A stretch of 64,000 nt of DNA, from the IMG/VR virus record IMGVR_UViG_3300046028_006182, positions 12,142-76,141 of that record, one strand, 5' to 3'. The position numbers and the translations under genes were made by a program. The notes beneath the pieces are model-generated. The model was given only the letters and a program-made list of their open reading frames with translations, was not told the DNA's origin and searched no databases. Of the stretch, positions 57,867 to 64,000 are shown one piece after another. Every line of letters begins with the position of its first letter. The first letter of the stretch is position 1. This DNA comes from a virus.

Positions 57867-58265
57867 ATGAAGCCTACACGAGGACCTCAAAGAAGGACTA
57901 CTATAATAGAGCTAGCTCATCAATTAAAGCAGAGCTTGCAGAGAGAGGCTCAGCCATATCCTTTAAAAGACTATGTAAAGAGCTTAATGATTTCACACGA
58001 TGCCGGGATGCCGGGCCCCTGGGAGGAATTTTGCGAAAAGATTGAACAGTACACCAACGCAGTCCGGGTTTACCAATCCTTTATCACAGAGTCTGATATA
58101 CTATTACACCTAGCCTCTACCATAAAGAAGATAAACAAAAGGCTTTCCCAGGAGAGAGGCTCTAAGATTGACTTGATAGGTACTTACCTATCCGGCCCAC
58201 CCTACACTCTACTCCAATACATCGACAGATTGGATAAACTATCATTTAAAGAGCCTAAACTATAA
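57867..58265 (+). CDS. Hypothetical protein
   Basis: 132 aa ORF. Confidence 0.5.
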   Translation: MKPTRGPQRRTTIIELAHQLKQSLQREAQPYPLKDYVKSLMISHDAGMPGPWEEFCEKIEQYTNAVRVYQSFITESDILLHLASTIKKINKRLSQERGSKIDLIGTYLSGPPYTLLQYIDRLDKLSFKEPKL

Positions 58266-58269
58266 AAAC

Positions 58270-58848
58270 ATGGGACTAAAACCCTACTACCGAAACCGGG
58301 CTATCCTAAAGCTCACATCTCATCCCCTAGTTACAGTGGGCCAAAAGCGATTGCTTAAGCTAGCAATCCACCTATATAAGACCAACTTCGATAAGCTGGG
58401 CAGGTACTTTGACTTCGGTACCTACCACAATGCGGGAGCCCAATGGGAACACCCGACAACCAAACAGATTGTATGTGGGACTTCTGGGTGTGCTATAGGG
58501 GAATTACCTTACCTTGAGGAAAACGTTTGGATTTTTAGCGATAACGCTCCTATCCTAAAGGACTTATACCTTAGAAGCCATATAGACCCCGTAGAGTTCA
58601 GAGAGGAGAATGAAATAATACCAAGCATTGTGGAGTACAGCAGCCTTACGTGGTTTAAAATAAAAAGGAAGGAGTACGCTCACCTATTCCTACCGGTCAG
58701 GCAGAACATCTTAGCTTATGGGGGTAAAGAACTTGGCGCCGGAGCCACTCCCCAAGAGGTAGCGGATAACATAATAATATTCCTCTGTGTACAGCTAAAC
58801 TTAAGGTACTTATTACTTGACCTAAAACCCTATGAGCATGAGAGTTAA
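58270..58848 (+). CDS. CxTxGC-motif protein, paralogue A
   Basis: FDFGTY..CGTSGCAIGELPY..HLF.P..VADNI. Confidence 0.65.
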   Translation: MGLKPYYRNRAILKLTSHPLVTVGQKRLLKLAIHLYKTNFDKLGRYFDFGTYHNAGAQWEHPTTKQIVCGTSGCAIGELPYLEENVWIFSDNAPILKDLYLRSHIDPVEFREENEIIPSIVEYSSLTWFKIKRKEYAHLFLPVRQNILAYGGKELGAGATPQEVADNIIIFLCVQLNLRYLLLDLKPYEHES

Positions 58849-59041
58849 ATACTTGAAAGATGAAACCATGCCAGACTTGGTATGGATGACACGATTAGAA
58901 CTTGGGAGGTATAAGCGCACGGCTATGATTAATCACGCCACTAGGACCGTAAGACCTTGCCATGGTTACTACCCAAATCACAAATTCGCGGCTCTAAATA
59001 GGCGTATAGCTTATCGGATGAATTACCAGTGGCTAGGCTAG
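58832..59041 (+). CDS. Small basic hypothetical protein
   Basis: Coupled ORF. Confidence 0.45.
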   Translation: MSMRVKYLKDETMPDLVWMTRLELGRYKRTAMINHATRTVRPCHGYYPNHKFAALNRRIAYRMNYQWLG

Positions 59042-59078
59042 TATAAACAAATAACAAGAACCTTTAAAAAGCTATAAA

Positions 59079-59663
59079 ATGGAATACACTTTTCCTAATG
59101 TGGTTAACAACTTCACTGATACCCAAAAGAAAGAAGCTCTAGATAAGCTATACCATCTGCCCGATGCAAATGACTATGACAGTGGTTTAAATCGCTTGCT
59201 AAGACTTTACACCCACCTAGTAGAGGGTGATACCGGCATACGTACCTTTAACTTCGGAACATACAATTCCGGGCCCACAGAGAGAGGCGATAAGGGTAAT
59301 ACTATACACTATTGCCAAACTGCAGGCTGTGCGGTAGGAGAACTACCCTATATTGAACCAAGCAGTTGGTTATTCCAGCAAGCCTCACACCCAATACTTA
59401 ACCCTAAGCTACGTAAGCGAGCAAGAGCTAAGTTTGAGAGTGTTAACCACATACTTGACACCATAGAGATGTATACTATGTACTGGTTCAACATCTCAAG
59501 GGATGAGTCCTTGCATCTCTTTATACCCCAGCAACAGAGTCCTTTAAAATTCGGGGGTATAAAGGTGAGCAGACACGCTACTAAATTACAAGTAGCTGAC
59601 AATATCCTCTACTTTTTAATATGCAAACACCTCCTACCATCACCTGAATTAAAGGCTTTATAA
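59079..59663 (+). CDS. CxTxGC-motif protein, paralogue B
   Basis: FNFGTY..CQTAGCAVGELPY..HLF.P..VADNI. Confidence 0.65.
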   Translation: MEYTFPNVVNNFTDTQKKEALDKLYHLPDANDYDSGLNRLLRLYTHLVEGDTGIRTFNFGTYNSGPTERGDKGNTIHYCQTAGCAVGELPYIEPSSWLFQQASHPILNPKLRKRARAKFESVNHILDTIEMYTMYWFNISRDESLHLFIPQQQSPLKFGGIKVSRHATKLQVADNILYFLICKHLLPSPELKAL

Positions 59664-59734
59664 TTTAGAGTTGTTTCATGGTAAATTAGTTTGTATCTTT
59701 GTTTTATTAGTTAATTAGTCAAAACGAACGAACG
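59646..59734 (+). promoter_or_regulatory. Early promoter repeat 7
   Basis: Core matches repeat 4; leader as repeats 6 and 8. Confidence 0.85.
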
Positions 59735-60151
59735 ATGACCCCATTAACCATTGCCCCCATTACCCAGGCTTTTATCAATGCCTTTTGCACCTCAACCGTT
59801 GAATACCCAATCGGAAGTGGACAATACGTTGAAGGCTTAAACATGGTACCCATCTCTGCACTCAATGACCCCAATCTCGATGCCGAGAAAGAATTTCCGG
59901 GAGTATCACTAGAGCTAAAGGCTTTATATGTCAACCACTCGATTAAAAAGGAGCTCGAAGAGCGAAATCCTGAAACTTACGTGCCGGGTACCTTTACAGA
60001 ACTTGAAAAGGTTGCTTGGGCTCATCATACCCTTATGAATGCCTATGCCATGAACATCGGCTCACATGAGGACTGGAGAAAAGCTTTCCACGAAATTGCC
60101 AATGAAAGACCATTAACCTACAAACTGCTTGAGCTATATGCTTGGGGCTAA
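59735..60151 (+). CDS. Hypothetical early protein
   Basis: ATG directly after repeat. Confidence 0.6.
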   Translation: MTPLTIAPITQAFINAFCTSTVEYPIGSGQYVEGLNMVPISALNDPNLDAEKEFPGVSLELKALYVNHSIKKELEERNPETYVPGTFTELEKVAWAHHTLMNAYAMNIGSHEDWRKAFHEIANERPLTYKLLELYAWG

Positions 60152-60160
60152 AAGACCACT

Positions 60161-60451
60161 ATGAAAACCATTAAACACTACAAGGAGCTAACCATGGTTC
60201 AGCTTGCTGCTCTACTCTTATTCCAATCCATGGAATGCCCATCTGATGCACCCCAAGCTCACTTCCTAGAAGAGCTAAATGGTATACTATCTAATATCCT
60301 CGGAACTAATGCTATTGATGCACTAGACGAGGACGGAATGATAGCTGGACATGAATACTTAGCACCAGAGGACGAGGAAGAGCTCAGATTGCTCTATGCC
60401 TTCGACTTTATGGAGGCCTTAAGTTATCTGCAAAACTTCCCCCCGAATTAA
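60161..60451 (+). CDS. Acidic hypothetical protein
   Basis: 96 aa ORF. Confidence 0.5.
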   Translation: MKTIKHYKELTMVQLAALLLFQSMECPSDAPQAHFLEELNGILSNILGTNAIDALDEDGMIAGHEYLAPEDEEELRLLYAFDFMEALSYLQNFPPN

Positions 60452-60533
60452 AGGCTATGCAATTTAGAGTTGACAGATGGTATATAATGATGTATCTTTG
60501 TTTTATTAGTTAATTAGTCAAAACGAACGAACG
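60445..60533 (+). promoter_or_regulatory. Early promoter repeat 8
   Basis: TTGACA-N17-TATCTTTG...AAAACGAACGAACG-ATG. Confidence 0.85.
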
Positions 60534-61043
60534 ATGAACCCCTTAATCCCAAAAGATTACATTAACTCCAAAACCATACACAGCTTCATTAATGTGATGG
60601 GCCTGGGAATAGAAACCACTGACAGGTACCATGATGGACCAGTCTACCACTCTCCAAACCTTGACCAGATGTTTCGACTCAAGTTTTATCAAGACTTCAT
60701 TGACCCTGCCTCGTTCTACCACTTCGATATACCCAATTATGCTCAAGCCGGGCTTGTCAACGAGGTAATGAGTAGAACCTGTACCAAAGAGCTTTGGAAA
60801 GAAAAGCTGCACCAATGGAGGAAACACAATTACCAGATGTGCTTAGCTGCGACAGACTATTGCCCATTCGCTATACTATACACGAACCCAAGTACGGGGC
60901 GACTAGAATACTTTGATGTATATAAAACCCGACTAGAGGCCCTGGAAAACCTGAAGACTGCCCCTAAGGGTGCCTTCATTAAGGAAACACCTGAACACGA
61001 TGACGCTAACTCTTTTATTAACTACGCAGAAAGACAACTCTAA
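60534..61043 (+). CDS. Hypothetical early protein
   Basis: ATG directly after repeat. Confidence 0.6.
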   Translation: MNPLIPKDYINSKTIHSFINVMGLGIETTDRYHDGPVYHSPNLDQMFRLKFYQDFIDPASFYHFDIPNYAQAGLVNEVMSRTCTKELWKEKLHQWRKHNYQMCLAATDYCPFAILYTNPSTGRLEYFDVYKTRLEALENLKTAPKGAFIKETPEHDDANSFINYAERQL

Positions 61044-61046
61044 CCC

Positions 61047-61427
61047 ATGCAAAGCCCACAGCTTCAACCTATAACCTTGAAACTTGCAGAACAGCTTGCA
61101 AGGCTATTCCACAAAAGGCCTAAGATGCCTGAGCTAACGGAGGACAATAAGACAACCTGGGAAAGATACGGGGAAGACGATGCCATGATATGGTTATCTA
61201 TTCTCCGAAAACTACCTAAGGGAACACACATTGCCTTTTCCCAAAGCTACCACCCAAGCTCCCATAACCTAACCATTGTCATATACACTGATATAGAGAA
61301 CACACACGGTATAGGTGAGAGCTATGACTTTTCCCAATTCCGAAACTGCCTATCCGGAGAAAGCGGACACGAAATCCAACAAGCCGGGGTAGAATACTAT
61401 CAATTCACTCTAGTCGAAAACTATTAA
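61047..61427 (+). CDS. Hypothetical protein, probable paralogue of 54478-54858
   Basis: Same length (126 aa); ITLKLAEQLAR...W..I...LP..T.IA...S.HP. Confidence 0.6.
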   Translation: MQSPQLQPITLKLAEQLARLFHKRPKMPELTEDNKTTWERYGEDDAMIWLSILRKLPKGTHIAFSQSYHPSSHNLTIVIYTDIENTHGIGESYDFSQFRNCLSGESGHEIQQAGVEYYQFTLVENY

Positions 61428-61430
61428 GCC

Positions 61431-62105
61431 ATGCCTAAAGAAACTATCTACGTACCGCACTACTTCCACGGGGAATACGATATACCCGAAATACTAAGGG
61501 CTGTTAACCTACCTTGGAGAGTAATCCAAGCCTCAGTATATCTCGACGGCCCTACTATGAACAACCTAATAGAGGACCTAGATTTAGATGAGGACAGCAT
61601 AAACGACTACCTTATGTCCCTACACGGCGTCTCGACAGAGGAAGATGAACCTATTGCCACGGTATTAGCTATAGAGTATGATCCCGAACTATTGACTGAG
61701 CAATGGGCTCTCAATATCCTTAACATCGGCATAAACATAACAATTGAGGCCTACGGGGATGACGACAGAGAGGACTACATGCCCGACACCGTAAGAGCTC
61801 TAATCGCTATACTATCAAAGGTAGGCCACCAACCATTAGCTGACAGACTCATACAAGAGCTCGATAAGGTAACAGACAAACCTGAACCTGAACCTGAGCC
61901 TGAGCCAAAAGCTCCCACTAAATACTCAACTGCCCATTTAGATAGACTGGGTATGGAATACGAAGCTGCATACCCATCACCGGGGGGAATAAATGACTTG
62001 GAAGGACTCTATAACTGGGAAGCCGGTGACCCAGCTAACCGAGTACTACAGATACTTAAATCAGAGGAGGAGGCCAAGGCTTACCTTAAATCTCTGAAAA
62101 GATAA
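61431..62105 (+). CDS. Acidic hypothetical protein with EP linker
   Basis: D/E-rich; KPEPEPEPEPK. Confidence 0.55.
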   Translation: MPKETIYVPHYFHGEYDIPEILRAVNLPWRVIQASVYLDGPTMNNLIEDLDLDEDSINDYLMSLHGVSTEEDEPIATVLAIEYDPELLTEQWALNILNIGINITIEAYGDDDREDYMPDTVRALIAILSKVGHQPLADRLIQELDKVTDKPEPEPEPEPKAPTKYSTAHLDRLGMEYEAAYPSPGGINDLEGLYNWEAGDPANRVLQILKSEEEAKAYLKSLKR

Positions 62106-62155
62106 ACATCCCTAAACCACAGGGAATACAATACACGTTCGTTCCGTTCGAGGGG

Positions 62156-62180
62156 GGGAGCTCACAAGGCTCCCTTTCTT
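62156..62180 (+). terminator. Intrinsic terminator
   Basis: GGGAGC-tcacaag-GCTCCC plus TTTCTT. Confidence 0.7.
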
Positions 62181-62359
62181 GTGTAAATCCTTAAACTGCT
62201 AGTAAATACTATGATAGAACTCATGGTAATATACTATAAGCTAGACAGTTAACTAGAGTAGGGTACTCTACAAGAATATCCCAACCAACTAGTGCACGAT
62301 ACTAGAGCCATATAATAAGTAACCATATCCCTAAAAAGCTAAAGAAAAAACTACTAAAG

Positions 62360-63100
62360 ATGAAACCAGAGAGAAGACACCCAAGACCATTGGGAACAAC
62401 CGACCTTGCAATCAAATATCACAAATCACAGAACAACAAGGACCTAATACTATTATATAAGCACATCATAAAGAACTACGTAAAGACCAGCTTTAGGCTT
62501 AATGGGATTTCGGCTAGTATGGAGGAATTGGCAAACTATCTAGGTTTGAGTCCAGCAAGGCTTCAGGTTCTGTTTTTAGCGGTAACAGGAGAAATGGCTA
62601 ATGTGTTTAGTGATAAAGGAGAGGTAGAGAAGGCTTTGAGGGCTGTAACGTTCTCGAGCCTAGAAGGAGCCCTAGCGGATCGAGGCCGTATACTCCAACA
62701 CCTTGATATGCTTATGTTTGACCAGCAATCACGATACACCCCGTTCTTGACCGCAGAGGTAGGGAAAACACTTAAACTCCTATTAGAGAGCCACAAGCCC
62801 GTAGCCGAAATCATTAAGATGTTCTCTGCCTTACCTGCCACAACCCAAATCAATATCCTGAATGCCCAAGGGCCAACTGAGAATACTAACAACTACCTAA
62901 CCGTTACTAAGGCCGTAGAGGCCCTAAACGAAAACCAAACATCCCTACAACAGAGCCCACTAGACATGCAGGCCATTGCAGCCGAATACGACCTATCCCA
63001 TAGTCCCGAAGTACGAGCCACACATCAGCATAGTAATGTTAATGAGTCTGCTGGTTCAGGTAGGGTTGAAGGTACAGTGATTAAGGTATCGGGTTCTTAG
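62360..63100 (+). CDS. HTH-containing protein, possible small terminase or origin-binding protein
   Basis: SMEELANYLGLSPARL HTH; QINILN motif; adjacent to repeat-rich non-coding DNA. Confidence 0.4.
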   Translation: MKPERRHPRPLGTTDLAIKYHKSQNNKDLILLYKHIIKNYVKTSFRLNGISASMEELANYLGLSPARLQVLFLAVTGEMANVFSDKGEVEKALRAVTFSSLEGALADRGRILQHLDMLMFDQQSRYTPFLTAEVGKTLKLLLESHKPVAEIIKMFSALPATTQINILNAQGPTENTNNYLTVTKAVEALNENQTSLQQSPLDMQAIAAEYDLSHSPEVRATHQHSNVNESAGSGRVEGTVIKVSGS

Positions 63101-63120
63101 CTTTTCCTGGTATTGGTTTG

Positions 63121-63153
63121 AGGCCCATTGCCCTTTGTGGTGATGGGCTTTTT
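63121..63153 (+). terminator. Intrinsic terminator
   Basis: GCCCATTGCC/GGTGATGGGC plus T5. Confidence 0.7.
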
Positions 63154-63181
63154 AGTGTACGGTACCGCACCCCTACCTTGT

Positions 63182-63315
63182 AAAAGGCCTACAACAAGGG
63201 GCGTGTATAAGGCCGCCACTGGCCTTCTCTAATTTTGTATTGGGCCCCAAAAGCCTACAACAATGGGCCCGAACTGGCCAGGCTTTAGGCCATTCTCTAA
63301 ATTGTATCAGGCCAC
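63182..63315. repeat. Degenerate ~67-bp tandem duplication with TGTATnnGGCC boxes
   Basis: GCCTACAACAA and TTCTCTAA.(T)TTGTAT..GGCC each occur twice, about 67 bp apart. Confidence 0.7.
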
Positions 63316-63366
63316 TGATGGCCGAAGAATTAAAGCCTTTAATGGCCAAAAATTAAAGAGCCCCCT

Positions 63367-63425
63367 ATTTTAGGGTTGCACAGTATTATTTCAATTTGTA
63401 TCTTTGTCTTATTAGTTAATCATTA
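63367..63425 (+). promoter_or_regulatory. Early promoter repeat 9
   Basis: TTGCAC-N17-TATCTTTG-TCTTATTAGTTAAT. Confidence 0.85.
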
Positions 63426-63437
63426 AAAATAGAACGA

Positions 63438-63704
63438 ATGCAACCCCTATATAAAACCCCGACACTCAATGCCCTTACGGCTTACTTTGCACTCCTTAAC
63501 AATGCACTGAAACCCCTCATTGAAGAACGATACAAAAACACCATCTCCTTCCCTATCTCTACCGAAGAAGATGCCATATTACTTATCTCGAATGTTTGTA
63601 CGGACATTGACGACAAATACAATGATGGCATCCCTACTACCATCAGCGAAAACCACTTCTATAAACACTTTTCTCACATAAACCGTAAAAACTCAATCTC
63701 ATGA
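63438..63704 (+). CDS. Hypothetical early protein
   Basis: ATG after repeat 9. Confidence 0.6.
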   Translation: MQPLYKTPTLNALTAYFALLNNALKPLIEERYKNTISFPISTEEDAILLISNVCTDIDDKYNDGIPTTISENHFYKHFSHINRKNSIS

Positions 63705-63826
63705 AAATCACTCGACTACTGATTGCCTTGCTAGTTACCGCAATCCTTTTTAACAGTTGTGCATCCACTAAATTGCCCAATGGCCGGAAAAAACACCAAG
63801 GCTGCGCACAGGGTAAACAATGGTAA
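63701..63826 (+). CDS. 41-aa lipoprotein (not in ORF track)
   Basis: MKITRLLIALLVTAILFNS-CASTKLPNGRKKHQGCAQGKQW; ATGA coupling; followed by a terminator. Confidence 0.7.
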   Translation: MKITRLLIALLVTAILFNSCASTKLPNGRKKHQGCAQGKQW

Positions 63827-63854
63827 ACCCCTATCCTTAATCCTAATTATCATC

Positions 63855-63885
63855 AAGGGCTCTCTACCACGGGGAGCCCTTTTTT
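63855..63885 (+). terminator. Intrinsic terminator
   Basis: AAGGGCTCTC/GGGAGCCCTT plus T tract. Confidence 0.8.
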
Positions 63886-63941
63886 GTGTGGCGCTGTATT
63901 GGGCCATTAATAGCTGTATGTGGCCACATGCCTTTTGATGG

Positions 63942-64000
63942 GTACCAACTGGAGTACCAACTGGAGTACCAACTGGAGTACCAACTGGAGTACCAACTGG
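63942..64000. repeat. Perfect 12-bp tandem repeat GTACCAACTGGA (4.9 copies, runs off window)
   Basis: Read directly. Confidence 0.95.

Larger units (their letters stand above)
1..64000 (+). mobile_element. Bacteriophage genome segment (contractile-tailed Caudoviricetes, probable Bacteroidota host)
   Basis: Continuous capsid-sheath-tube-TMP-baseplate module, a full replication module and an early-gene array; no host housekeeping operons; Bacteroidota-type promoters. Confidence 0.95.

Noticed and set aside
1221-62892. Numerous minus-strand ORFs of 60-155 aa
   Set aside because: They lie antisense to well-supported + strand genes and have no recognisable motifs; only 22545-23222 occupies its own space
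49687-63425. Repeat array as a CRISPR array or integron attC array
   Set aside because: Spacing is 0.4-3 kb with whole genes between copies, the repeats are non-palindromic promoter consensus, and no cas or integrase gene is in the window
63942-64000. 12-bp repeat as a CRISPR array
   Set aside because: No spacers; head-to-tail tandem
1-64000. Stop-codon reassignment as in some Bacteroidota phages
   Set aside because: Conserved genes are full length in the standard code, and TAA, TAG and TGA all end genes at sensible boundaries

Overview
The whole window is a lytic-looking contractile-tailed (myovirus-type) phage genome segment, most likely infecting Bacteroidota. Host evidence: TAnnTTTG promoters, A/C-rich leaders lacking Shine-Dalgarno sites, and Q-rule/lipobox signal peptides. 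All credible genes are on + except one sigma-like gene (22545-23222). Four modules are visible. (1) 1-22.5 kb: head, neck, sheath, tube, tape measure, baseplate and fibre genes, including a -1 frameshifting tail chaperone and two signal-peptide proteins. (2) 23.4-41.2 kb: replication and recombination genes, with an embedded nucleotide cluster (MazG/dUTPase-like, TWO divergent thymidylate-synthase-fold genes, dCMP deaminase, PolA, dNMP kinase) that is the best candidate for an undescribed base-modification pathway. (3) 41.2-49.7 kb: a NusG paralogue, a sigma-region-4-like HTH protein and charged low-complexity proteins. Five proteins between 30 and 52.5 kb share a short [YF]P...K.[YFW] motif. 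(4) 49.7-64 kb: an early-gene array punctuated by nine mosaic promoter repeats of about 55-90 bp, with antisense copies of their leader in two terminator-proximal UTRs, ending in an iteron-like TGTATnnGGCC region and a 12-bp tandem repeat. I saw no tRNA, CRISPR array, integrase, portal or large terminase. All calls are from motif recognition by eye; no searches were run.
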